A DNA stretch of 55,413 nt, the filler included, from Dirinaria sp. TL-2023a (Eukaryota): NCBI GenBank assembly GCA_051941275.1. It is 4 parts of 4 records of this genome, joined end to end, with 100 filler letters (N's around TTAATTAATTAA, not from the genome) between each part and the next. Parts side by side here need not be neighbours in the genome. Positions count along the whole stretch, not along the records: positions 27,773 to 41,545 come from JAVEBF010000655.1; positions 41,646 to 55,413 come from JAVEBF010000656.1; 2 more parts are not named here. One strand, given 5' to 3'. The position numbers were made by a program, and so were the translations under genes. The notes beneath the pieces were generated by a model that saw only the letters and a list, made by a program, of their open reading frames with translations, ran no database searches and was not told where the DNA came from. Of this stretch, positions 33,736 through 45,537 are shown piece by piece. Within the stretch, counting starts at the first letter, position 1; each line of letters starts with the position of its first letter.

Positions 33736-35663
33736 ATGGCTGACGAATTCTATGCCGGCCGGCGTGTGTCATATGGAGGTGCTGCGTGTACTGTGAGGTA
33801 CATCGGCCAAGTGCAAGGCACACAGGGGGATTGGCTTGGAGTAGAATGGGACGATGCCACTCGAGGAAAACACTGTGGCTTCCATGCCGGTGTAAAATAC
33901 TTCCACTGTGAGCAGGGCAATCAATATCTCTAACCTCGTTGCGGACGCAAGCTTATACGTTTTAGCCAGGTCGTAACCCATCACCTACAGCCGGATCGTT
34001 CGTGCGACCAAACCGGCCAGTCGACAAAACTCTCGGTTTTATTGATGCGCTGAGGCAAAAATATGCTGCGCAAGAAGCCAATGCAAAAAGCCAGGAAGTA
34101 GAGATCAACATCAGCGGCAAAAAGGTTGAGGAGGTCGGGTTCGAGAAGATCGCACGACAGCTTGCGAATTTACAAGAACTTCGAGTCGTCTTATTGGATG
34201 GCCTTGGTATCGCGGGCGTGACCGCCCAACCTCTTGCAACACACCACGACAGCTCGCTTCAAGGGTTTCGATGGTTGGGTGAACAGGGGCTGAAAATACA
34301 GGAGCTAGATATCAGCAGAAATCTTGTTGAAGAATGGGCAGATGTACTGGGCATTTGCGCACAGCTGAAGTTCCTTCGTATCTTAAAGCTTAAGTCAGTG
34401 TCTCTCAGCACAATCGAGTGACCCAAATCTCAATTACTGCAGTGGCAATCGTTTTCGACGACAGTCCATTTTTGAGAGCGTTCCGTCGTTGCGACCTCTC
34501 GAGAACATCAGGGAGCTCAGCTTAGACGAGACATACCTTTCCTGGCATGAGGTACGTGATACAATCATGTTATGCATACCGCTCTTTATAATCCTGAAAG
34601 CAGCTGACAAGTTCTTGAGATCCTTTCCCTGCTTCCGATGTTTCCATGCCTTGCGTCCCTCTCACTCGCCAGCAATAACCTCCTTCCACCACCAGAACCG
34701 TTACCTTGCGCTTCACTCCAGACACTCAATCTAGCCTCCAATTGCATCACAACTCTCTCCTCTCTATCCAATATTTCCAAGCTTTCCAACCTCAAGACTC
34801 TTGTGCTTCGATCCAATCCCCTCGCTTCTCTTGCCTCACAATCTCCTTTCCCCGCACTTTCACACTTAGATATGTCGTCAACCCGGATATCGACTTTCAC
34901 CGAACTGATTAACCTCCCGATATCCACCCCAGTCTTGAATTCTCTGCTTACATCAAATACGCCGCTGCACGCACTTGCGACGTCGAATCTACACACGATC
35001 GCCCGTATACCTAATCTTACCTCGCTGAACTATTCCAACATATCGACTCAAGACCGCAACAATGCTGAACTATATTATCTTTCGAGCATAGCATCTGCAC
35101 TGTCATCAGCCCCAGCGGACGAGGAGAAAGCACTGCTGAAGCAGCATCCACGTTATCAGGAGCTCTGCACGACATACGGCGAGCCGACCATTGTACGAAA
35201 GTTTTCGGAGACAACAAGCACAAAGGGAGGGGCGCAGGGAAGCTTGGCAGCTAGGTTAACTCGACTCACTTTCTACATAGCACCTGACCATGAGCACGGA
35301 CATGAAAGGTCGGCAGGGAACATCACAAAAAGTATCCCGCGCACCATAGGCATCTACGCGCTCAAGGGAATCGTAGCTCGGCTGTTTGGCCTCAGGGCTA
35401 TGAGTCTGAGATTGATCTGGGAGACCGACGAATGGGATCCTGTTGCAGGAGAAAGCGACGGGTGGAGTGTCAGTGACGAGGATCTTGATTTGCATACCGA
35501 TGCGCCAAATGGGAATAATCCTGCATCGGAGGCAGAAAAGGTGCAGGCAGGAGGAGCCTCAAAACAGTGGGTGCGGAGAGAAGTAGAGCTTGCGGATGGG
35601 ACGAAGGATGTGGGGTTTTGGATTGAGAATCCAAAGGCGAGAATTAGGATTGAATTACGATAG
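33736..35663 (+). CDS. TBCE: Tubulin-folding cofactor E (CAP-Gly, LRR and Ubl domains; Pac2/Alp21)
   Basis: CAP-Gly TVRYIGQVQGTQGDWLGVEWDDATRGKH, SGKKVEEVGFEKI, multiple LxxLxLxxN repeats, DRNNAELYYL, HPRYQELC and LIWETDEWDP; three introns. Confidence 0.93.
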
Positions 35664-36476
35664 GATTGACTGAAACAGCTTCTGATCCAGTAGAATTCTT
35701 ATACAGCATAGGCTTTGACGAGCGCAACTATTCTCATCGACCTTGTTTTCAGAGTCAGATTCCTCGACTCTTATTGGAGAACAAATGATGTGCAACCCAT
35801 GGTTCAATCATGGAATGTTCTGGGCATGCGAGAGATGATTTTCCATGTTGGATCTGAGAAGGTCTTTGCATGTTCTAGAGCTGTCAAGCCACGTGCAAAA
35901 CGATGTGCCCCTTTTTTAGGCTCCCGTACCTGACAGGGATCCAGGGGCGGATGGACCTGCAGAGTGGCTTTACTTTTGTACCTGTCAATAATAATTTGAA
36001 CGGCCCATCATTATTTCAATCATAATATGTATGTTCTTATTTTTTGTTTTTTTTTTTTTTTTTGTTGTGAATCCTGAGAAAGTCGCTGTAGTAGGAGTAT
36101 CTGTAGCATCCTGAGCACTGTTTCCAGAGTGATTTCGAAGAGACCAATCATCGATGTCAATATTATCGCGGTGATCGTGGCGCGTGTTGACAACGCTTCA
36201 CTGTACCCCGCATCGAGTTAGCCTTGACTGATCAAAATATTACCATCACTTTCTTGCTCACCGACTCCCTTCTCTTCCACCACCCATTCATTCTTCTGGC
36301 CTTGTTCGCCTTGAGCGAACATTTCATCCAGTGTATGTCCATCTCAAGGTCCTACCGACCATCTTTAGCCAAGTTGAAATTGGTATCAATGAAGTGTTTC
36401 CCGCAGTAGCCCCCCAAGCTCTCTTTAAGGGGGTCGAATTCTGGCCGCCACAAATTTTCACCCTCGTGAGGACATC

Positions 36477-38912
36477 ATGGATCCCAACAACCGTTTCCAT
36501 CTAAATCTGCCTGGGCAAGGCTTCAACGGAGATCGTCAATACTCGGCCGCCAATGCGCGAGTCTACCCTACCACTCCGTCGACCTTCCCGCAGCCTGTTT
36601 TCCAGAACCAAGGCAGCCAGGCTACCCCAGACTACCTCGGGAGCCCGATGCAAAATCGCCACAGCCCGGCTGCTTATGGAAATGGCGGAGGCGGTGGCTA
36701 CTTCAATAGTAACCCTTACCAGAACCAATATAGCCAGCCCAAGGGGAATCAGTACAACCAGCAGCAGTACCAGCAGAATTTGGCGAGTCCACAACCCTCG
36801 TACCAACAGCGCCAACCTGCGTACAACAGCAACGACCCTACTTCCGGACTTGCGCATCAGCTGTCCACTCAGAACCTCGGAACGTCTCAGCGTCAGCCAA
36901 GTCCTTTGGGGCGCCAACCATCCCCAATTCCACGACCTCGCACTGGAACGCCGGTGCAGCAGAATCATGCGAACCACTTGACCCCGACCTCGTCTGTTGC
37001 CAGTAACCTTGCTGGACTCTCGGGGTCCACACTGGCCAGTGACGAGCCTCCGGAGAGGAACCCGGAGAAGTACTCCAGTAATGTTGCTAGACGTGGACAA
37101 GGTCTGCATGCTTTGGTGGAGTCCTTTTTCAAGGAGAACATCACGCGTGCCCGTGATCGCAACGTTCGGTAAGCTGATCCCAGTCTATGATTATGGCGTC
37201 CGTGCGCCCTAACATGACGGTCTATAGTGCCCGAGAACTGGAGGAGTATCTTCGTGAGACCAAGGATAGCGAGTATAACAAGAAGAAACAGAGTGATCGT
37301 GTATGGAAAGCTGAGGGGCAATATCTTCGTTTCCTTCGCACCAATGAAGGGCCACACAACTTCAGCACCATGAAAATTATCGGAAAAGGGGCTTTTGGAG
37401 AGGTGAAGCTTGTGCAGCGTAAAACTGATGGCAAGATCTATGCTTTGAAATCGCTCGTAAAGACGGAAATGTTCAAAAAAGATCAGCTAGCACACGTTCG
37501 TGCCGAACGCGACATCTTGGCCGAGTCCGACAGCCCATGGGTCGTGAAATTGCACACAACTTTCCAGGACAAGGGTTTCCTGTACATGCTGATGGAGTTC
37601 TTACCTGGAGGTGACCTGATGACTATGCTCATTAAGTACGAAATCTTTTCTGAGGACATCACCCGGTTCTATATGGCGGAAATTGTTTTGGCGATTGAAG
37701 CTGTTCATAAGCTCGGTTACGTGCATCGGTGAGTCCTTTCACTGATCTCCCCGGTTTCGTTATTTGTGTCTGCTTAGTAGGCAGGACTATCGTGGCGAAT
37801 CACATTGGACAATTTCTGTTTCAGGCTTTTGCAATATCGATTGCATTTGCGCTAAGATACATTTCAACGGTTCTCATCATCGTCAATATTTTGACAGATC
37901 ATTGTTCATACATGTTATCATGTCTCTTGTTTATTTCCCAGTTCAATCTGTCATGGACATCGATTAGAAGAAGTTTTTCTGGCTCAATACGTCGCTTGCT
38001 GTTCTACTGGCTTTACAAAATCTCGAGGAACTTTTTACTAATTATTTCATGTTCTACAATACAGGGACATCAAACCAGACAACATTCTCCTTGATCGAGG
38101 AGGACACATTAAGCTTACCGACTTCGGCCTCAGCACCGGTTTCCATGCCCAGCACGAAAACGCCTATTACCAGCAGCTTCTCAAAGGCCCCTCCAAGGCC
38201 CGCGACCGCAACTCCGTCTCCCTCGACCAGATTAATCTCACCGTCAGCAACCGCTCTCAGGTCAACATGTGGCGCAAATCGCGTCGCGTGATGGCTTACT
38301 CTACGGTTGGTACCCCGGATTACATCGCTCCTGAGATCTTCATCGGGCAGGGCTATGCCTTCAGCTGTGACTGGTGGAGTTTGGGTGCCATCATGTTCGA
38401 ATGCTTGATTGGATGGCCTCCGTTCTGTGCGGAAGACAGCCGAGAGACTTATGAGAAAATCATCAACTGGCGTCAGACGCTGTATTTCCCGGACGATATC
38501 CAGCTCGGCAGCCGTCCTGAGAACTTGATTCGAAGGTACACCCTCTCACCCCAGTCTTCCCTCTCACCTCCTTTATCATTGGTGCATGCCTCTAACACCA
38601 TTCAGTCTCCTTTGCGACGCTCCCTCTCGTCTCGGAACGTCTTCTGGGCAATTCGGATCCACGGAAATCCGCAATCACCCCTTCTTCGAGGGCGTCGTAT
38701 TCGAATCCCTGCGCAAGATCCGCGCGCCCTTCGAACCGCGCCTCACTTCCAATGTGGACTGCTCGTACTTCCCAACTGACGAGATTGATCAGAACGACAA
38801 TTCGCACATGCATCGCATGCAGGTGGAGCAGCTGGGCGACGAGCACATTGCCGAGATGAATCTGCCGTTTATCGGGTACACCTACAAGCGGTTTGATTCA
38901 TTCAACAAGTAG
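36477..38912 (+). CDS. cot-1: NDR-family Ser/Thr kinase COT1/CBK1
   Basis: Q/N-rich N-terminus, [57 protein letters not shown] and hydrophobic motif [11 protein letters not shown]. Introns at ~37169-37227, 37729-38064 and ~38536-38605. Confidence 0.96.
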
Positions 38913-39612
38913 GCAACCGGAATCCGCCAAGCCAGAGATTGACGCCGGTCACGTCCCCAAAGCCCTGGCGGTTTGGCAGAGATTTACAATACGTGATGAT
39001 ACGGGGGGCGGTTAATGGTGGCTTTTTTATCATGCATTTCCAGGCGAAAAGCGAATCTTTTATCCCGGACGGACACAAATCATCAGCAGCATTCCGATCC
39101 CGTACTTAGCCAATCTGATTGGCCCCGAAATAAAGTAGTTTCGATCGATCAGTCAGTGAACATCCGGTGCACTAGGCATCTAGACATTAGCTCGTGATAG
39201 CTCCCATAGCGAACAATACCAGTCATGCGATCTTCAATTGAATCGAGAATACTTGAGCTTGCATTGGCTTGCAGCACCAGGACATTCCTGGCAGGAGTAA
39301 GCGTTTGTTGGAGTGTTATTTGGCAATGCATTATCATTACTTTTGCAAGCCGGCTCCAGGTACAGTAATGTACCTTCACAGTAAAGTAAGATATCTAAGG
39401 TAAGATTACCTTACAAGGCAATAGTAAGGTACTACCTTAGCACATAGAAGCTTGTAGCAGAAGGGCGAGTACGGCTGTCGGGCCGCAGTCACGCACAAAC
39501 CCTAAAGGTAAAAACTGTCTACGAAATGTTAGTCATATTCCATATTCTACTTTACTCCCTTTCTATTTGCGTAGTCAACTTACCTAATTCCATTTCTAGA
39601 GACTGAACCATC

Positions 39613-40915
39613 ATGGACGTTGAAAATTTCACATCTGCAAGCCCCAGCTTTCCCACCAGAAATTGTGGTGTTCTCGGAGCGACTGGCTCAGTCGGACAAC
39701 GCTTCATTCTGCTCCTTGCCAACCACCCTCATTTCCAATTGATCGTACTCGGCGCCAGCAAGCGATCTGCAGGCCAGAAGTACCGACACGCCGCGAAATG
39801 GAAACAAGCTCAACCCATGTCGAAGGCACTGGGCGAGCTCGTGGTGCAAGAATGTGTGCCCGAAGCGTTCGCACAGTGCGATTTGATTTTCTCGGGACTT
39901 GACAGCGATGTCGCTGGAGACATAGGTAGGTTTCGGCATTGCGGCATCATTGTTGATATAATCATTATGGATGACGAGATTCTTTTGTGAATACAGAGAC
40001 AGCGTTTTTGAAAGCTAACCTCAGAGTGTTTTCCAATGCGAAGAACCACCGCATGGATCCACATGTTCCTCTGGTGGTTCCAACCGTCAATTTAAAACAT
40101 CTCGATGTTCTGGCGCACCAGCAGCAGACACACGGGCTCAATAAAGGGTTCATAGTGTGCAACAGTAATTGCGCTGTCGTTGCCCTTGTGGTACCTCTTG
40201 CTGCTTTGCAGGCAAGATTCGGCCCGATTGAGTGCTGTTCTGTGGTCACCTTGCAAGCTGTGGGCCTCCCCCCTTTCTTTTCAAGTTCTTTCAAGCTATT
40301 TTCATCTAAACGCCCCAACCGAACAGATTTCTGGAGCCGGCTACCCCGGTATCAGCAGCATGGACATTGTCGACAACGTCGTCCCGTTCATTTCCGGCGA
40401 AGAGGAAAAGGTGGAAATCGAAGCGCAAAAGATTCTGGGAACCCTCAACGCCGGCGTGACCGGGTTCGATGACCAGCGCCTCCCCGTATCCAGCGCCTGC
40501 AACAGGGTAATGGTTCTCGATGGGCACACCTCATGTGTATCTCTTCGCTTCAAAAACCGGCCCCCGCCAGACAAGGAGCAAGTCAAGGATGCCTTGCGCA
40601 GCTACGTGTCCGATGTTCAGAAGTTGCGCTGCCCGTCGGCGCCGAAAGCCGCTATCGTGGTGATGGAAGAGCCTGATCGGCCCCAACCGAGACTGGATCG
40701 GGAGACCGATCGAGGGTACGCTGTCAGTGTCGGCCGGGTGCGAGAGGATGAAAGCGGAATCTTCGACATCAAATTCGTCGGACTCAGTCATAACAGTATG
40801 TATTTATGAGTTCGGAGTGCACGCAGTGCCAGCTAATGTTTGCATAGCTATCATCGGGGCCGCTGGTGCCTCTTTACTTAATGCCGAGGCAGCTGTACTG
40901 AAAGGCTGGGCTTAA
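39613..40915 (+). CDS. HOM2: Aspartate-semialdehyde dehydrogenase
   Basis: [26 protein letters not shown] (catalytic Cys), [26 protein letters not shown] and SHN/TIIGAAG; three introns. Confidence 0.96.
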
Positions 40916-41545
40916 TACCTGGAAGTTCCCCTGAAAGCCCCCTAAAGTGAGTCGATCTCTACCTTACTGGGAGTCCGTATTGAGTTTCGTTCCTTCCTAG
41001 GACTGGAACAATCGCATGGCAATCACCTTACTCCGTGTTGCACTTTCCCGGACTACACTGCCAATACTTAATGGGCCTGGTGCTATACCGACAGGAGGTT
41101 ACATGGTAGACAAATATATCATTAATTGTCTATGGAGCCATCTTCATGCCTCTTCACATACTCCCTTAGACAATTATCCTCGTACCTAACGTACCAGGAT
41201 AGCCAGGCCGGCCGGTCAGCAACCGGCGCCACGAAAAGCAAGGTAATTCTACGCCGTCTATTGGGGGTCTTGATCCATTATTTGTATGTAAATCTCCACA
41301 TATTTCCTCCTCGCCGCCTACTCACAAAACAACCATAATTGACCGACAGCCAAGTACAGCTTCGATACCGAGCAGCAATGCAGAAATTGGTCCGGATGGT
41401 TGGTCATCTTACTATCCAAAAAAAATCAATATATACCATAAGTAGGTAGCCACGAAGAAGAAAGAAAAAAGAGAAATGCAACGTAGCCATTTATATAATC
41501 TGATCCCCATCTCCACCCGCTGCACATGTCTTATAGCAGCAATCC

Positions 41546-41645
41546 NNNNNNNNNNNNNNNNNNNNNNNNNNNNNNNNNNNNNNNNNNNNTTAATTAATTA
41601 ANNNNNNNNNNNNNNNNNNNNNNNNNNNNNNNNNNNNNNNNNNNN
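41546..41645. other. Artificial contig-joining spacer
   Basis: N44-TTAATTAATTAA-N44, 100 nt. Confidence 0.97.
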
Positions 41646-42527
41646 TTGCTGGGGGAGATTGATCGCTGGTTTTTGCCGTGATGAAGTACATTGTCTAAAG
41701 AGAGATGTTTGCGAAATTTGTGGGATTATTTAGTCTTAGTGGAGTATTCAATGAAAGTCAAGACTTCAGTAACCTGTACTTCTTTCTTCAATTGTGTTGG
41801 AGTAATTGGACGAATGTGCACGTATTGGGTTCCAGATGTCTTCAAAGCTGAAGAGACGGAGGAACATTCTCGAAGAGTGTTACTGGTGTCTTGATTTATT
41901 TAGCTATGTTATGTCTGGTAAGTAGTCCAATGCACGCTTTAGAGTGAAAAGCGGTGAACAGTCTGTGGGACTGCGGCTGTTGACTTCTATCATCGTTGTA
42001 GGGTGGTAGACGTCGACAGGGAAGAGAAAGAAAATGGGGGTAGACACATCTTCTTAAGAGCTCTATTATCTGAAAGAATACGATGCAGACGTGATATCAG
42101 CAGTAATACTAAGGTAGCATTGAACTACTACGGTTGATAATGAGACTGGTGTCATGAGTTTCTCGATGATTTGCACCGGCAGTTTGCTAAGCATGTACGT
42201 AACGCTGAGAGAGTTTTAGATGAAATGGTAAAAAATGAAATGGGAGTGGACATGGTGATGATCGCGGCTATACAGTATAGAGGAATGATGGATTAAGGTC
42301 TAATAATTAGAACAATTAAGAGTCGATTGAGCTGACTAGAACCAAAATAAGCGTAAGTGACTAATTAAAGAACGTACCTTCACAGAATCAGCTTCAGCAT
42401 CAGCACGCATAAGCGAAGAATCCCCTCGTCCAAAACGCACTTTACAATCTAATCTGACGTACTCTTATAAGTCGATTTCTTCTCAAACTACCCCTTGTCT
42501 ATCGCCAATCTGCAGCTTCAATCTCGC

Positions 42528-43454
42528 TTACTTTGCCTCTTGTTTCTGCTCACTCACCTCCTCGACTTCATTCAGCCATTTCTTAATTCGGCTGTGAATG
42601 TGTTCCGGCTGCGGATCCCCAAATTCAGTACTAATAAGTTTGAAGGACTGCAACCCCCCAGCGAAATCATATAGTAAAACGTCTGGATGGCTTTTATCTT
42701 TGCCATCATCCATCATTGCGTGAGTGGCCGCAGCCAAGAGCGCCGCGGAGGTCGTTTGATACCACCCACTCTGCGATGAAGAGTCATCGGGCTTAACGAG
42801 GAGCTCCAATTCTCGTTGCGTGAGCTCCTTAGCTGGCTGCGCTTGAGGCGAGCTTGATACCAGCCTTTTTAAAGCTCCTCGTTCCGTGAGCTCCTTCAAT
42901 TCACTAGCTTGCTGCGCTTGGAGCAACTTTGGAGCCAGTCTGAGCTGCTCGTCGGGGATCAGACCTAAAGATCGCTGTCGCTGCCGTGTACTTAGAGCTT
43001 GCTGCGCATCGTCCTTTTGAAGCTTTGGGGGCGCAAGATAAACTCGAGGAGGAAGCTGAGTTGCCACCCTGCGTAAGGGGCGATCTGCCTCCTTGTTAGC
43101 CTGCGCAGGTACCGGTTTTCTAGGAATACGGGTAGCCTGATTATGTGAGGGGTGTGAGGGAGGTATTGGCCGATTGATGACGAGAATCCCCGGTGTTCCA
43201 CGCTGAACGGGTTTGAGGTTGTCTGATGCAGAAGGCTTGTTTGAAGGAGCAGAGAGGTGCAGGTGCGGAATTCCTTTGGCAGCTTCAATTGCAGGAGGAT
43301 TCCGTGAAGACCCAGAACGAAGCAAAGGTGGGACTGTATCCTGAGGTGGAGTAGACGTGCTGAGATCGTCTGCTACTGCGAACCCAATAGTTTCGACGGT
43401 GTCTGAGAAGCGCACGCCCTTCGAGGCAGCTGCAGGCTTTGCTTTGCGCGCCAT
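42528..43454 (-). CDS. Hypothetical, largely disordered protein (308 aa)
   Basis: Long ATG-initiated ORF with a KGVRF (RVxF-like) motif, a short internal duplication (QAQQASELKELTERG / QAQPAKELTQRE) and a C-terminal RIKKWL. Confidence 0.6.
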   Translation of the reverse strand: MARKAKPAAASKGVRFSDTVETIGFAVADDLSTSTPPQDTVPPLLRSGSSRNPPAIEAAKGIPHLHLSAPSNKPSASDNLKPVQRGTPGILVINRPIPPSHPSHNQATRIPRKPVPAQANKEADRPLRRVATQLPPRVYLAPPKLQKDDAQQALSTRQRQRSLGLIPDEQLRLAPKLLQAQQASELKELTERGALKRLVSSSPQAQPAKELTQRELELLVKPDDSSSQSGWYQTTSAALLAAATHAMMDDGKDKSHPDVLLYDFAGGLQSFKLISTEFGDPQPEHIHSRIKKWLNEVEEVSEQKQEAK

Positions 43455-44244
43455 GACAGTGAATGTGGAGACCTGCTCAATCTTGATCAGATATTTTCGC
43501 AGAAAGAGACGTGTACCAGCACGATATAGACTGTGGTGGGTGATGGTCTGGACTTCAAATCTGTAAGCTTATCCTACGTGTTTGTCGATACATATGTGCA
43601 TAAGAGAGAAGAGGAAGGCTCTAGGAGCTTACCTTAAGGTGGATTTATAAAGTTGTGACCAGCGAAAACTCCAATGAAATTCCAGACAAAGAAGCGTCCA
43701 AATCTGCCAATAAGACAATGCCATTGTCCTTTCTTGGTTGACGTCACATCCTAACCATACGTATGAGTCAAAACAGTCATTGTTCGTGTTTGTGAATGGA
43801 AGTGCCGTTGCCTGGTCCCGTGACCAGCGGAATTCGATGAGAACATGGCAGATAGTCGGTTTTTAGGGGGATTCAACCCTATCTAGAGTCTGGAAGCAAT
43901 CCATCGATTTCTTTAAACAGATGTAAAGAGCTCAATGAGCGTGAAATTGGAACGACATAAGTCTGAGATCTTGGTAAGAAATGAATGGGAAAAGAACACG
44001 AGACTACTTAAATAGTATATAGAATACACTCATGAGATAGACTAGCTTGGCAGGTCACTACCCCAGTAAACTAAAGCAGGTCGTCGACAGCGTCTTGTAG
44101 GTCTTCCCAGTAGAATAGGATCTCTCTCAGGACCGTAGCCTTTACAAGCTGAGGGCCTGCTGGCTGTCTGCTTGCAGCTCTTTCAGAGAGCGCATCGAGC
44201 AAATCGATAGTTCTCGTATCTCCTGTAAACAACTCAAGGTTCTC

Positions 44245-45537
44245 TTACGGTCCTGCTGAGGCATACTGCGCTCCAAAATCTTTGGATTGACGAGCTACTA
44301 TGTCCTCTAGGGTGAAGCAATGGTGCAAAATCGTGCAAGCAACGTACCTCACAGGAGCCCTCTTTATGTGATTTTTGCCGGACAGTTTGCAAGCAAGCAG
44401 TTTGAGATAGGCCCAACTCTGGATCACTTCCGTCAGATCAGATGTCAGAGCGAGGTCTGGGATGGCTGCTGGTCGGATGGCTGTCATAACCTGTAGTAGC
44501 TGTTCCTGTGGGAGAAGGTATATGAGAATTTCCACAATTTCCTCCATGGATATGAAGCCTGCGAAGTCCTGAGCCCTTAGTACGTGCTGTATCAAGGGGG
44601 CAAGACCGACATTCGTGGTGGCTGCGCTTGGAGTGTGAGCGGTCGCTGCACACGGGTATCTTTCGCATTCATCCAAAGCGGCTAGCTCTGGATAGTCGTC
44701 CGCTATACCTTCTCCAAGCATTTCTTTCTCGCTAGCAGGTCCATCTTGCAGCACAAACCCAATGCTCATAACTTGATGTTGTCCCGTGTGTGTTGGTGTT
44801 TCTTGTTGCAAAATGAAATCTAGAGTCATCCTGTGATCACGGTCAAGTGATAGCTTGTTAAATGCTTGCAATATGTCAGGCTTATTGGACACGTCGGCGT
44901 TGGGCACTCCGTGGATATTGATTCTGCCATCTGCAGTAATCTCAATGGCAGGGTTTGGCTGTTCACTGGTAATCGACTCCACTGGCGCTGGTTGACTGGA
45001 GAAAGGAGAGGCGGCCGCCATGTTCATAACCGCTATGGTAGAATGTTCGTTCTCTGTGTGTGATGAGACAATAGCCCTCCGCTCTCTCGCCCGCCGAAAC
45101 AAACTCGCTTGTTGAGCTGTAAGACTATCCTGGGTTTCTTGAGGTAGTTTTTTGAATTGCTTCTTTATTTCAGCTAAGCCGCGATGAAATCGGTATTTGT
45201 GCTCGTTGAACTCCGCCTCCGTCTTAAAATTCCTGTAACAGGCTTTGCAACGAAAGGCCGATAGCTTCCAACCCTTGATAGTGCTGCGATGCTGTGAGCA
45301 CTTGCGTCTAGGCTGACAATGCTGACAATTGCGGTAGTCCTCGGTATGTTTGGAGAAGAAGTGAACACTAAGATTACGCACTGTCTTATAACATCTTCCG
45401 CACTCGCCACAAATGAATTTACCAATCCGAGGGTCTACCTCGTCATAATCTTCCTCTTTGACTTTGGGCTGATTGGGTTCTTCGTTATCTGTATACGTGG
45501 AGTTATCAATTCGATACTCGGAGAATGGACCTGCCAT
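44245..45537 (-). CDS. C2H2 zinc-finger protein; frame continues past the stop to 44071
   Basis: Two C2H2 fingers (FICGECGRCYKTVRNLSVHFFSKH and FRCKACYRNFKTEAEFNEHKYRFH) in a 430-aa ORF. Confidence 0.75.
   Translation of the reverse strand: MAGPFSEYRIDNSTYTDNEEPNQPKVKEEDYDEVDPRIGKFICGECGRCYKTVRNLSVHFFSKHTEDYRNCQHCQPRRKCSQHRSTIKGWKLSAFRCKACYRNFKTEAEFNEHKYRFHRGLAEIKKQFKKLPQETQDSLTAQQASLFRRARERRAIVSSHTENEHSTIAVMNMAAASPFSSQPAPVESITSEQPNPAIEITADGRINIHGVPNADVSNKPDILQAFNKLSLDRDHRMTLDFILQQETPTHTGQHQVMSIGFVLQDGPASEKEMLGEGIADDYPELAALDECERYPCAATAHTPSAATTNVGLAPLIQHVLRAQDFAGFISMEEIVEILIYLLPQEQLLQVMTAIRPAAIPDLALTSDLTEVIQSWAYLKLLACKLSGKNHIKRAPVRYVACTILHHCFTLEDIVARQSKDFGAQYASAGP

Noticed and set aside
37821..37881. 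C box (GATGATGA) and D box (CTGA) on the minus strand of the COT1 intron
   Set aside because: Antisense to the host gene, no terminal stem, and no rRNA-complementary guide that I can recognise; likely chance.
37729..38094. 121-aa hydrophobic ORF spanning the COT1 intron
   Set aside because: It starts at the GT donor (GTG), is out of frame with the kinase, and reflects T-rich intron composition.
39380..39540. Clustered TAAGGTA/TACCTTA words and a Gcn4/CpcA-like TTAGTCAT upstream of HOM2
   Set aside because: Such words are common in fungal intergenic DNA, and the site deviates from TGACTC; not supportable without conservation data.
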